From positions 1-24,000 of the forward strand of contig JAFYYA010000087.1 of the NCBI GenBank assembly GCA_017557785.1: a DNA stretch of 24,000 nucleotides, read 5' to 3'. Position numbers and translations under genes: made by a program. This stretch comes from Salinivirgaceae bacterium (GTDB lineage: Bacteria; Bacteroidota; Bacteroidia; Bacteroidales; SZUA-534). How positions within the stretch are numbered: position 1 is the stretch's first letter; every line of letters starts with the position of its first letter. This document shows positions 8,501-17,700 of the stretch, in pieces. Under the pieces are notes generated by a model. It did not search any database. It saw only the letters and a program-made list of their open reading frames with translations, and was not told where the DNA came from.

Positions 8501-9604
8501 ATGGAACCTAAAATCAGCATTATCAGCGACTGGACGCTGCAGCGGCTGCTAACCGAACTGAAAGCCGGCAATATCAAGATTCCGCGTTTCCAGCGCGATT
8601 ATATTTGGGAAAAATCGAAGGTGGTGAAACTACTAAACTCGGTCTACCACCAATACCCTATCGGATCGCTGTTCTTCTGGAAGGCACCAGCCAAATACGC
8701 TTTTTTCATCCGTCCGTTCGACATCGATGGTATCAACGACACCAAAACCGATGGTGATTTTCAGTTCATTCTGGATGGCCAACAGCGTATTATGTCGCTT
8801 TTTGTGGCACTGATGGGCAAAACAATGGGCGACTGCGACTACTCAACCATTTGCTTCAACACCGACCGCTGCGAGTTTGTGATTCCGCGAAGCCAGCGAG
8901 AGAAAAACAACGTTCCAGTATGGCAGATTATTGATGACAAGGAATTTGATAGTGTTATTGCCGAGATAGATAATGGAAAGAAAACCAGCAAGGCCGTGCA
9001 GAACCTGCGCCAATGCCGCGAAGTTTTCCTAAACTACCCGGTGAGCATTGTTCTCACAACCAACACAGAAATCGATGATGTGGTGGAGATTTTCGAGCGC
9101 ATCAACCAGGGCGGCAAACACTTGACAATCTTCGATTTGATCCACGCCACGACGTGGAGCGAGAAGTTCGACCTGAAACAAAACATCGATGACTTCAACA
9201 CTGCTCAGCGCATTAAGCAGTTCGGGCGGCTGGGTGAGAAAGTTTTCTCGCTTTCGCTGACAATCAATGCTTTCGGCGATGCCCGCAGTCTCTATCAACT
9301 CAAACTGACACCCGAAATATGCCAGAAAATCTGGCCACGTACCAAAGCAGCACTACTCAGTTCGCTCGATTTCTTGAAACAAATGCGCCTGTCGGGCGAC
9401 CTGACAATGTACCATAATCTGCTGCCGACACTGCAGTATTATTTCTTCGCATCAGATTCGAAAATCATCGATGCAAGTCATCAGAAAACGCTTGAGAAAT
9501 GGTTCTGGGACGCCAAATTCTCGAAACGCTATTCTGCTTCGGCCGCAACCCGACTGAAAGAAGATGTTCAATGGATTCAATCGCTAATAAACAACGAGAT
9601 ATGA
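8501..9604 (+). CDS. DUF262 domain protein (ParB-like NTPase/nuclease fold, GmrSD/BrxU/SspE N-terminal type) without a DUF1524/HNH nuclease domain
   Basis: Hallmark DUF262 motifs are present: IKIPRFQRDYIWEKSKVVKLLNSV...YPIGSLFFW, ILDGQQRIMSL, VEIFERINQGGKHLTIFDLI. The C-terminal ~150 aa are helical-looking (WFWDAKFSKRYS...) and I could not recognise an H-N-H/DUF1524-type motif there. Confidence 0.8.
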   Translation: MEPKISIISDWTLQRLLTELKAGNIKIPRFQRDYIWEKSKVVKLLNSVYHQYPIGSLFFWKAPAKYAFFIRPFDIDGINDTKTDGDFQFILDGQQRIMSLFVALMGKTMGDCDYSTICFNTDRCEFVIPRSQREKNNVPVWQIIDDKEFDSVIAEIDNGKKTSKAVQNLRQCREVFLNYPVSIVLTTNTEIDDVVEIFERINQGGKHLTIFDLIHATTWSEKFDLKQNIDDFNTAQRIKQFGRLGEKVFSLSLTINAFGDARSLYQLKLTPEICQKIWPRTKAALLSSLDFLKQMRLSGDLTMYHNLLPTLQYYFFASDSKIIDASHQKTLEKWFWDAKFSKRYSASAATRLKEDVQWIQSLINNEI

Positions 9605-10212
9605 TAAAAAGACTATTGCCGGCCGCACTGGTTGCGTGCCTTTTCTGTTGCAACAAAATAACCGACTGCCCCAGTTACCCCGATGATCTTCTGGAGTGGC
9701 TGCCATATGACACTAATGAGAAAATAACGTTCAAGAGCGGGCAACAAGAGCAAACATTCGTCTTTGGTGATGTTTTTTCGACCAAAAGGTTCACAACAGG
9801 CCGCACTGAGGCTTGCAACTGCGATGCTTTTGCGCACACCAACTCGAACGTCGATTCGGTGGGCAACATACAAATGCTTTGCTCATCCGAAAAAAAGAAA
9901 GTACGATTCGAGTTCATGTATGAGTTCCAGCACTATGGAAAACACAGTTCATACTACGTGCCGCTGAATATCGACAGATTCATGTTCAGCATAAAGAACG
10001 ACGGGACTGTTGAAGGCACCAACTCAATCAACGCTGAGTTGCGCAATTCGGTAATGATTGACAACAAGCCCTTTGATAATGTGATTGTTGTGGAAATAGA
10101 TACGATTGTCGATCCCAAAGCCGAAATTTTCCGGCTTTATCTGGTGAAAGGCAGAGGTGTTGCAAAATATGAATATAAATCAGGCAAGGCATTCACTCTC
10201 ACCGATTTATAG
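9601..10212 (+). CDS. Hypothetical Cys-rich lipoprotein (203 aa), translationally coupled to the DUF262 gene
   Basis: The ATG at 9601 overlaps the DUF262 stop (ATGA, 9601-9604). The N-terminus MIKRLLPAALVACLFCC has a signal peptide plus an L-V-A-C lipobox (Cys13). I recognise no family. The longer ORF-track start (9499) would overlap the DUF262 gene by about 100 nt and adds no signal peptide. Confidence 0.55.
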   Translation: MIKRLLPAALVACLFCCNKITDCPSYPDDLLEWLPYDTNEKITFKSGQQEQTFVFGDVFSTKRFTTGRTEACNCDAFAHTNSNVDSVGNIQMLCSSEKKKVRFEFMYEFQHYGKHSSYYVPLNIDRFMFSIKNDGTVEGTNSINAELRNSVMIDNKPFDNVIVVEIDTIVDPKAEIFRLYLVKGRGVAKYEYKSGKAFTLTDL

Positions 10213-10244
10213 ATTCCACAAACCACGACAACTCTTATAGACCA

Positions 10245-11792
10245 ATGGAAAAATCACTTGTTAAGACATACGGCTCAGCTGTTTTCGGGATTGACGCCAT
10301 CACTATCACCGTTGAAGTGGACATCAGCCCCGGAATGGCTTTTCATCTTGTGGGATTACCCGACAACGCTGTCAAGGAAAGTCAGCAGCGCATCAACGCA
10401 GCGTTGAAAAACAACGGTTATCATATGCCGGGCAAAATGATTGTCATAAATATGGCGCCGGCCGACATCCGCAAGGAGGGCTCTGCCTACGACCTGACAC
10501 TGGCTGTGGGCATTATGGCCGCTTCGGGGCAGATTGCGGCAGATGCGGTTGAAGATTACATAATTATGGGCGAACTCTCGCTCGACGGTAGCCTGCAACC
10601 CATCAAAGGAGCGTTGCCCATCGCCATCAAGGCCCGCGAGGAAGGATTCAAGGGCTTCATTCTGCCAAAGCAGAACGCCCGCGAGGCCGCCGTGGTCAAC
10701 AATCTTGATGTGTACGGCGTTGAAAACATCCGCGAGGTGGTTGATTTTCTAAATGGCGATGCCAAACTTGAGCCAACTGTTGTGAACACCCGCGAAGAGT
10801 TTGCAAACAGCATAAACCATTGGGATTCGGACTTTGCCGATGTGCGCGGACAGGAAAACGTGAAGCGCGCAATGGAGATTGCCGCAGCCGGTGGCCACAA
10901 CATAATTATGATTGGCCCCCCGGGAGCAGGCAAGACAATGCTGGCCAAACGTCTGCCAAGTATTCTGCCACCGTTCACGCTGCACGAGGCGCTGGAAACC
11001 ACAAAGATTCACTCTGTGGCCGGTAAAATCGACAAAGACACCAGCCTGATGACCAAACGGCCGTTCCGCTCGCCGCACCACACCATCAGCGATGTGGCGC
11101 TTGTTGGTGGCGGTACTTTTCCGCAGCCTGGCGAGATTTCGCTGGCTCACAATGGCGTGCTTTTCCTTGACGAGTTGCCTGAATTCCAACGTACTGTACT
11201 CGAAGTCATGCGCCAACCGCTCGAAGACCGCGTGATAACCATCTCGCGCGCCAAATTCACAGTTGAATATCCGGCCAGTTTTATGCTTGTGGCTAGTATG
11301 AACCCCTGCCCTTGCGGCTACTACAACCATCCTGAAAAGGAGTGCACCTGCACACCGATGATGCGCCAGAAGTATATGAGCCGCATCTCGGGCCCGCTGC
11401 TCGATCGTATCGACATTCACATTGAGGTGGTGCCTGTGCCGTTCGACAAACTCTCGGGCAAGGAGCAACTTGAAACGAGCGCGCAAATCCGCGAGCGCGT
11501 GACAAAAGCCCGCGCCATACAGCAGGAGCGTTTTGCCGATTTTCAGGGAGTGCACTGCAACGCACAGATGTCGACGCGGCTCATCCGCAAATACTGCGCC
11601 CTAAGCACCGAATGCAGCAATATGATTAAGACCGCAATGGAGAAAATCGGCCTTTCGGCCCGCGCATACGACCGCATTCTGAAGGTGTCGCGCACCATTG
11701 CCGACCTTGCCGGCGAGCCCGAAATCAAGCCCGAGCACCTTGCCGAAGCCATTCAGTACCGCTCATTGGACCGCGATAATTGGGGGCAATAA
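10245..11792 (+). CDS. comM: YifB/ComM family Mg-chelatase-like AAA+ ATPase
   Basis: N-terminal Lon-protease-like domain (LVGLPDNAVKESQQRINAALKN...KEGSAYDLTLAVGIMAASG), Walker A GPPGAGKTMLAKR, Walker B VLFLDELPEF, and the C-terminus SARAYDRILKVSRTIADLAG...HLAEAIQYRSLD. The 515-aa length is typical. Confidence 0.92.
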   Translation: MEKSLVKTYGSAVFGIDAITITVEVDISPGMAFHLVGLPDNAVKESQQRINAALKNNGYHMPGKMIVINMAPADIRKEGSAYDLTLAVGIMAASGQIAADAVEDYIIMGELSLDGSLQPIKGALPIAIKAREEGFKGFILPKQNAREAAVVNNLDVYGVENIREVVDFLNGDAKLEPTVVNTREEFANSINHWDSDFADVRGQENVKRAMEIAAAGGHNIIMIGPPGAGKTMLAKRLPSILPPFTLHEALETTKIHSVAGKIDKDTSLMTKRPFRSPHHTISDVALVGGGTFPQPGEISLAHNGVLFLDELPEFQRTVLEVMRQPLEDRVITISRAKFTVEYPASFMLVASMNPCPCGYYNHPEKECTCTPMMRQKYMSRISGPLLDRIDIHIEVVPVPFDKLSGKEQLETSAQIRERVTKARAIQQERFADFQGVHCNAQMSTRLIRKYCALSTECSNMIKTAMEKIGLSARAYDRILKVSRTIADLAGEPEIKPEHLAEAIQYRSLDRDNWGQ

Positions 11793-11813
11793 TGAAGGAT
11801 TGATTAACTGAAT
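11787..11813. repeat. Left copy of a 27-bp imperfect direct repeat (caataatgaaggattgattaactgaat)
   Basis: Matches 12256-12282 at 23 of 27 positions, including an 8-mer and a 7-mer block. It spans the comM stop codon and ends inside the ATG of the AT-rich ORF. Confidence 0.8.
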
Positions 11814-12276
11814 GCTTGAAAGAATGGAACAACAAAGCACTAAAGCACTGAATAAGGATTGCAACAACTATTATATCAAAGTTGCGATTTTGTTCTCTAT
11901 TTTGAGTTGTTTAGCGCCTATTGTATTATATATTGTATCATATAGAGTATATGATGAAATACTTGATGCTTTAATTTTAATATATTTAATTCAGTCAGGG
12001 TTGTATCTTGCGTTTTATGGCTTAGGGCGTTGGTTTGATTTTGACATAAGTCCACTGATTTTCCTTATTTCATTCGGCGATTTTATTTTTGTTTTTTTTG
12101 GATTATGTCTTATGTCCTTAGTAGTGAGCATGGGTCCTGTTGACTTTTTTGGGATTTTTAGACATGTTTCGATAGATATATATTTCATTTTACTCTTCTT
12201 ATCTAAGTTTTTATTGATTTTCATTTTAGATAGAAAGCAAAATCAACTCAGGGAACAATACCGAAAGATTGATTGA
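11812..12276 (+). CDS. Hypothetical small polytopic membrane protein (154 aa) encoded in a very AT-rich cassette
   Basis: The ORF fills the whole inter-repeat segment. About four hydrophobic stretches are present (VAILFSILSCLAPIVLYIV, ALILIYLIQSGLYLAFYGL, LIFLISFGDFIFVFFGLCLMSLVV, IYFILLFLSKFLLIFIL). Hand counts of lines 11881-11940 and 12061-12120 give 30% and 27% GC, against more than 50% in flanking genes. No recognisable family. Confidence 0.5.
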   Translation: MLERMEQQSTKALNKDCNNYYIKVAILFSILSCLAPIVLYIVSYRVYDEILDALILIYLIQSGLYLAFYGLGRWFDFDISPLIFLISFGDFIFVFFGLCLMSLVVSMGPVDFFGIFRHVSIDIYFILLFLSKFLLIFILDRKQNQLREQYRKID

Positions 12277-12282
12277 CTGAAT
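12256..12282. repeat. Right copy of the 27-bp imperfect direct repeat (caataccgaaagattgattgactgaat)
   Basis: 23/27 identity to 11787-11813. It contains the stop codon (12274-12276) of the AT-rich ORF. Confidence 0.8.
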
Positions 12283-12353
12283 TTACGTTAATTTCACAAA
12301 CAAAATCTATGTAAATCAGTTCAATCTGTGTTATCTGCGTTCCAAAAAAACAA

Positions 12354-12390
12354 AAAACGCCGCAACCCGATAAATAGATTGCGGCGTTTT
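12354..12390. terminator. Bidirectional intrinsic terminator between the convergent + block and trxA
   Basis: Stem aaaacgccgcaa (12354-12365) / ttgcggcgtttt (12379-12390) with a 13-nt loop. An A-run lies on the left (12343-12357) and a T-run on the right (12387-12395), so either transcript reads hairpin plus U-tract. It lies 20 nt past the trxA stop and about 78 nt past the AT-rich ORF stop. Confidence 0.65.
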
Positions 12391-12409
12391 GTTTTCTGCC
12401 AAAATGCGT

Positions 12410-12727
12410 TTAGAGCAGAGCGTCAATCTTCTGCGCAAGGATTGGTTTAGCGGCTGCACCAACCTGTTTGTCAACCACTTCGCCGTTTTTGAAGAACAAC
12501 AGCGTTGGAATGTTGCGGATGCCGAACTGCACCGGGGTGTTCTCGGCTTCGTCAACGTTCATTTTCACAATCTTCACTTTGCCTTCGTATTCGGCGGCAA
12601 GTTCTTCAACTATCGGAAGCAGCATTTTGCAGGGGCCGCACCACTCTGCCCAAAAGTCTACTACCACAGGGATTGCCGATTTAAGAACTTCAGTCTCAAA
12701 GTCGGCGTCGGTTATTCTTTGTGCCAT
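12410..12727 (-). CDS. trxA: Thioredoxin
   Basis: 105 aa with the WAEWCGPCK active site and a canonical thioredoxin layout ([21 protein letters not shown]...[14 protein letters not shown]). Confidence 0.93.
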   Translation of the reverse strand: MAQRITDADFETEVLKSAIPVVVDFWAEWCGPCKMLLPIVEELAAEYEGKVKIVKMNVDEAENTPVQFGIRNIPTLLFFKNGEVVDKQVGAAAKPILAQKIDALL

Positions 12728-12890
12728 ATTCGTATTATTTATTGTTGCGTAAATGTAGGATTTTTTTGTTTAATCGGTCAAGCGGATAATTGGTGAATTG
12801 TTGAATTGGTGAAACGACAACGGACTACAGTCAACGGACACATTGTCCACTTATACCACACTTCTCAATGCCTTTCAATCATTCAGTTAT

Positions 12891-13568
12891 TCAGTCCTTC
12901 AATAAATCTGGCCTTAATCGGCGGGTGCGTTCAAGGGCCTGCTCGTATTTCCAGTCTTCGATGAGCCGCTCGTTGCCCGACAGCAGCACTTCGGGCACTT
13001 TCCAACCCTTGTAGTCGGCTGGGCGGGTGTAGACAGGTGCTGACAGCAGATTGTCCTGGAACGAGTCGGAAAGAGCCGATGTCTCGTTGCTGATGGCGCC
13101 CGGAATGAGCCGCACCACCGCGTCGGCAATGACAGCGGCTGCCAACTCACCGCCCGTAAGCACATAGTCGCCGATTGATATCTCTTTGGTAATCAAGTGG
13201 TCGCGCACGCGCTGGTCGATGCCTTTGTAGTGTCCGCAAAGGATGATAATGTTCTGCAGCTGCGACATTTGGTTGGCCATCGGTTGGTTGAACATCTCGC
13301 CGTCGGGCGATGTGTAGATAATCTCGTCATAGTCGCGCTCGCTTTTCAGGTGCTCAATGCACGCTTCGATAGGCTGGATGGTCATCACCATTCCGGCGCT
13401 TCCGCTGAAAGCGTAGTCATCGCAGCGGCGATGCTTGTCGGTCGAGTAATCGCGCAGATTGTGAATGTGGATTTCGGCAATGCCCTTCTTCTGAGCGCGC
13501 CCAATGATGCTCTGACTGAACGGCCCGTCGAGAATCTCGGGAACAACGGTGATGATGTCGATGCGCAT
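12891..13568 (-). CDS. trmD: tRNA (guanine37-N1)-methyltransferase
   Basis: 225 aa. [13 protein letters not shown]..., [37 protein letters not shown] and [21 protein letters not shown]-like motifs are typical of TrmD. Confidence 0.93.
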   Translation of the reverse strand: MRIDIITVVPEILDGPFSQSIIGRAQKKGIAEIHIHNLRDYSTDKHRRCDDYAFSGSAGMVMTIQPIEACIEHLKSERDYDEIIYTSPDGEMFNQPMANQMSQLQNIIILCGHYKGIDQRVRDHLITKEISIGDYVLTGGELAAAVIADAVVRLIPGAISNETSALSDSFQDNLLSAPVYTRPADYKGWKVPEVLLSGNERLIEDWKYEQALERTRRLRPDLLKD

Positions 13569-13585
13569 GACGTTTTTGTTTTCGG

Positions 13586-13593
13586 CAAAGATA
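13586..13593 (-). promoter_or_regulatory. Candidate Bacteroidota -7 promoter element upstream of trmD
   Basis: The minus strand reads TATCTTTG, an exact match to the Bacteroides-type -7 consensus TAnnTTTG, ending 17 nt upstream of the trmD ATG. No clear -33 TTTG partner was seen. Confidence 0.35.
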
Positions 13594-13681
13594 CGGAATA
13601 AATTATTGCCAGATTGTGTTAGGAACGAGTCACAAAGTTAACTGAACAGTCGGGGTCCAATATTTTTCCTATTGCAAGAAT

Positions 13682-14719
13682 CTACCTTACATTAACCACC
13701 ACCGAAAAATGGTTCGATGCGCCCGAGAGTGTGTAGCGGGCGTGGGCGTACTCGACGCTGAAACGTTTCAGGCGCAAGCCGAAACCAAACGACATTCCTG
13801 CCATCCCAGGCGCGTCTTTCAGTTTCAGTTCCTGGCGGCGGTTGTAGTTGAAGCCCACGCGCAGATTGAACTGTTTGCCTGGAAAGGCTTCGATGCCAAA
13901 AACGCAGTGGCGCAGAATATTATCAGCGAATGATGGCAATGTGATGTTGTCGCGCTCGACTTCGGAACCAGGTTCGGCGCTATTCTTGCTGTCGGCGTTC
14001 AGGCGGGGTTTCTGCAACTGCTGCAGCACCACCGACAGACGGAACGGCGCATGTTCCAACTGGTGGCTGAACGACATCAGCGCTTCGAACGGTACGCGGC
14101 CGTAGTGCTCGTCGTAGGCGGTGATTTGCGAGCCCGCGTTGCGTAGAAGTGCCGATGCGGCTGTGCGGCCTTCGTTAAAGGTGTAACTGGCTGAAATGTC
14201 GGCCATCAGGCCAACTGACGAATAACCTGCCACGAACGACAGAACAGGTTTGAGCGTGGCACCAATGGCAAAGCACGAATCGAAGCGGCGACCGTACGAC
14301 AGATGAAAGGCGTACTCGTTGGTTGAGAACGAACCCGCTTCGTTGCCAAAAACATCGTAGCGCGTGTTCTTGCCACCGTTCAAATATTGAATTCCGACGG
14401 CCATAGTGCCTGGCACGCGGCTGTCTTGAAAACAATACGACGCGTGGCCGATTGAAATGTCGGCAATATAGTTCACATAATCGGCTGCAACCTTCTGATT
14501 CTCAATATAAGGCAAAAACGTAGGATTGGTAGCGGCAATGCCCAAATCGGGCTCAGTGATGGCCAGCGGCACGCCGCCCATTGCGGCAACGCGCGCCGAT
14601 GCAGGAATGGCGGCAAACTCATAGACGGGCTGCGCAGCGGCAGTCAGGCAGAGCATGGCAGTCATCGCCGAAAGGCAGAACCGACTGAAAAAACCGATTG
14701 AAAAATCCCATCTATTCAT
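13682..14719 (-). CDS. porQ: PorV/PorQ-family T9SS outer-membrane beta-barrel (PorQ-like by size)
   Basis: 345 aa with the signal peptide ...MLCLTAAAQP. The N-terminal motif IPASARVAAMGGVPLAITEPDLGIAATNPTFL matches the SAR-AA-GG...NPA-L pattern of the PorV/PorQ family as I recall it. Composition is barrel-like with alternating aromatics. It starts 3 nt after the sprA stop. Assigning it to PorQ rather than PorV rests only on length. Confidence 0.6.
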   Translation of the reverse strand: MNRWDFSIGFFSRFCLSAMTAMLCLTAAAQPVYEFAAIPASARVAAMGGVPLAITEPDLGIAATNPTFLPYIENQKVAADYVNYIADISIGHASYCFQDSRVPGTMAVGIQYLNGGKNTRYDVFGNEAGSFSTNEYAFHLSYGRRFDSCFAIGATLKPVLSFVAGYSSVGLMADISASYTFNEGRTAASALLRNAGSQITAYDEHYGRVPFEALMSFSHQLEHAPFRLSVVLQQLQKPRLNADSKNSAEPGSEVERDNITLPSFADNILRHCVFGIEAFPGKQFNLRVGFNYNRRQELKLKDAPGMAGMSFGFGLRLKRFSVEYAHARYTLSGASNHFSVVVNVR

Positions 14720-14722
14720 CGC

Positions 14723-17700
14723 CTAAAGTTTTGATAATGAGAATTTCAACTCAAAGCCGAATTCGGCCGTGGTGTTCTTGTACGAGTTGGTGGTTTTGGG
14801 GCTCATCAGGTCGTAGTCGTAGTAGAACCGCAGTGTCACCTTGTCATTGAGTTCGTATTCGGCCGACAGGTTCATCGACAGGCCCAACTGGCCCGATGTG
14901 ATTTCATCGTTGCGCAGCAGAAGGTCGCGGGTGACGGTGATATTGTCGCTGACGGTGAAGTCGGCACGCAGATTGCAGTCACTCACAAACTGCTCGCCCT
15001 GACGGTTCTTGAACGGCAGAACAAGGTCCTGGATTCGGTAGCCCGCTCCAACCACATACTCGCGTTTGTAGAGTTCGAGCATCTGGCTGTTGGTCAGGTT
15101 CATAGTCATGGTGCGGCTGCGCTTGTACTCGAACCGCGAACTCAGGCTGTTGAGCCATGTAACATCCACACCAAAGAGCGGTGTGAAGGCTTCGGTTATC
15201 GAGAACGATGTGATGTCGTAGTAAGGCACGAACATCATGCCATCGCCCACTTCGGCCACCGACCACGACATGTTGCCGTATTCGGGCATCCGTGCCTGCT
15301 CGTAGTTGTAGCCCTTGCTGCTCATGAACGAACCCACGCTGAAGGTGCTCTGGTAGCCATGCGAGAGCGATACATTCTTGACTTTCTTGCTGATAGGCTT
15401 GTAGGCTGTCAAGCCGTCCCATTTGACTTTCCAGCCAGGGCGGAAATTTTTCCATGTGGTGAAGTCCTGCCCATTGTTGCGCCCAGTGTAGGCGGCCAGG
15501 AAGGCTGGCACGGCAATGTCGGGGTTCGATATTGAATAACCCGCAGGCATTGTCGTGTCCGACTCGCCTACAGGCTCGTAGGCGGGGAAATAGTCGGGCT
15601 CGTGGCCGCGGCGCATGTTGGCCTGTTCCCACGCAAATTTGTGAAGATTGCGGCGGTACTCTTCAAACGCCTTCGACTGCGTGTTTTTCTCTGTCGGGCG
15701 GTCGCCGAAGGCTGTGTTCAGCGTCCAGACAGTCACGTTATAAGCACCTGATTCCATGCGCGTTGAGCGATAGACGTCATACTGGTCGTGTTTGGCGTCG
15801 TAATTGCCCATCAGGTAGTATTCGCTCGTTTTTTTGGTGATGGTGCGCTGGCCTGTGAAGTCGATTTTGAGAGCCTTCACGGGCTGGTAGGTTGCCTTGA
15901 TGTCGACGCGGCGCTGGTTCGATGTCAGGAACGGCTGAATCAGGTTGATGTTGTCGATAAGATGGCCGCGGCGTGCTTCGCGCTCAGCAAAAGCGGTGTC
16001 CTGATATCCAAAGATGAAGGCCAGACCAGGCGTTTTGCGCAGTTCGGCAAAACTGTAGTTCGGCGTGTAACCTTCAAGCGTCATGGCGTTCGACTCTGTG
16101 TAGGCAAACGATACGTTTTTGAATCCGATGACGGCCAGCCCCACCCCTTCCATCACACGGCGGGCGGGCGAATCGTGCGTCAACCGCTTGCCTGTGACGG
16201 TCACTTCGGCATCTTCAACATCTTCATCCACAGTCACTTTCACACGGTTATCGTTCAGCACCGTGAATGACGATTTCACTTCTTTGCCGCCAACCGTCAC
16301 CTTCACCACAATGTCATCCGACGTGCGCAGGTTGTGGCTCACCACTTTGGCTGTGCCTTTTTTGGCCTTGAATCCTTCTTTGGTGGCCTTCACGGTTTCC
16401 GTCTTCTGAGCAAGGCGCTTGTCGCGTGTCTGCTTGTATTTCTTTGTCAACTCGTCGAGCGGCTTGAGTTTCTTGTAGAGATTCTCAAGATTGCCCTGAG
16501 CGTTGATGTTTATCTGGTTGGTGTTGCCGATGGTGTTGCCCGTGAAGAGCGACGAGTCCTTCACTTCGGGGCCGCGGTCCCACTGGTAGGTCGATGCGTA
16601 GCGCGCCGTGAGCGATGTCCAGTTTAGAAGCGGAATCTTGTTGATTGGCACGGTGTACGATGCCGTGAACTTCTGGTTGTGCTCTTTGGCCAGGCCGCCT
16701 TCCATTATCGATTCCCAAACATCCTTCTTAAACTGCTCATACTCAGTGCGGTTTGTCTTGTCAATCAGTCCTGCGGGCTCTTCAATAATCGTCATGGTGT
16801 TCATCATCCAGGTGAACTTGATGCCCTTCGACAGGTTGTATTTGATGCTGAACTCGCGTTCCCAATCGAACGATTTGTCGCACGTCGGTGTGTACTCTTC
16901 GCCGCCCGATGTCATGCCCATGCTGATGTTGCGCAGTTTGGTCTCGTTGTATTCGCGCTTTATGCCTGTGCGCCAGGCGATTTGGGCTGGTGCCAGATAG
17001 AAGTTCATGTCGCCCACAATTCGCAGATACGGCTTCTTGAGAAGTTTCGATTTCTTGAACGGCTCAATTGCCTTCGGCTGGTTGTTGAACGTGTAATTGA
17101 GTGAGCCTCTATGCGTTGTGGTGTTGTCGTACTTCACGCTGTAGTCCGAATGCTTCTCTTCAACATAGGCATAACTTGCGCTCAGGTTCGATGGCGAGTA
17201 GAAGTGTGTCTTGTTCGAGTTTTTGCTTTTCTTAGCCTTACGCTTCTTCTGGCGTTCCGTCATATTCTCTTCGTCGGCTTTCGATGTCTGTTTCTTCTTC
17301 GAGCGCTGACCAATGCCAACGTTGGTGAAACTGATGCTTCGGCGTTCGGTAAGGTCCTGAACACCATCCATATACTCTTTGCGCTCAGAGCGACTCATGC
17401 CTTTGGTGCCTTCCTTAATCTTCACATCGGGGTCGAACGGGTTGTATTCGGGATTGACAGCCGTGCGCGAGTAACTCATGAACATCGGGATGCGCACGTT
17501 GGCGTCTTTCGGGAACAACTTGCCCAACTCAATGTTGGCGGCCACATCCACAGAGTTGGTCTGTTCCATCGAGCGTTCTGATGTCGATTGCTCGATAGAG
17601 CCGAAACCTGCCTGAGTGGTGCTTCCTGCCACGTTCACATTGCCCAAATCGGCCATTTTGATGTTCACGGCGCCCTGAGCCGCCCAACCGCCACTCTCGT

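Noticed and set aside
9499-9600. Longer 237-aa version of the lipoprotein ORF starting at 9499
   Set aside because: It would overlap the DUF262 gene by about 100 nt in another frame and place 34 non-signal residues before the signal peptide. The ATG at 9601 gives a canonical signal peptide plus lipobox and an ATGA junction.
10556-11565. Antisense ORFs within comM (10749-11555, 268 aa; 10556-11002, 148 aa; 11293-11565, 90 aa)
   Set aside because: These are shadow ORFs opposite a confidently identified ComM/YifB gene. Their translations are Arg/Ala/His-rich with no recognisable domain.
12310-12319. 10-mer tgtaaatcag shared between 12310-12319 and 22928-22937
   Set aside because: Exact 10-mer coincidences are expected many times by chance in a 24-kb window. 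There is no extended similarity around either copy.
12745-12752. Near-consensus -7 promoter element upstream of trxA (minus strand TACATTTA)
   Set aside because: It matches TAnnTTTG at only 7 of 8 positions, with the final G missing, and no clear -33 element was found. It is too weak to report as a feature.
12331-12796. ORFs 12389-12796 (+, 135 aa), 12468-12752 (+, 94 aa) and 12331-12555 (-, 74 aa) overlapping trxA
   Set aside because: They overlap the unmistakable thioredoxin gene (WCGPC) and the terminator hairpin, and have no features of their own.
17212-17311. Lys-rich low-complexity stretch in SprA (GQRSKKKQTSKADEENMTERQKKRKAKKSKN)
   Set aside because: It is in frame within the continuous sprA ORF and looks like a disordered surface or periplasmic loop. 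There is no evidence of an inserted element or separate gene, so it is not interpretable without an alignment.
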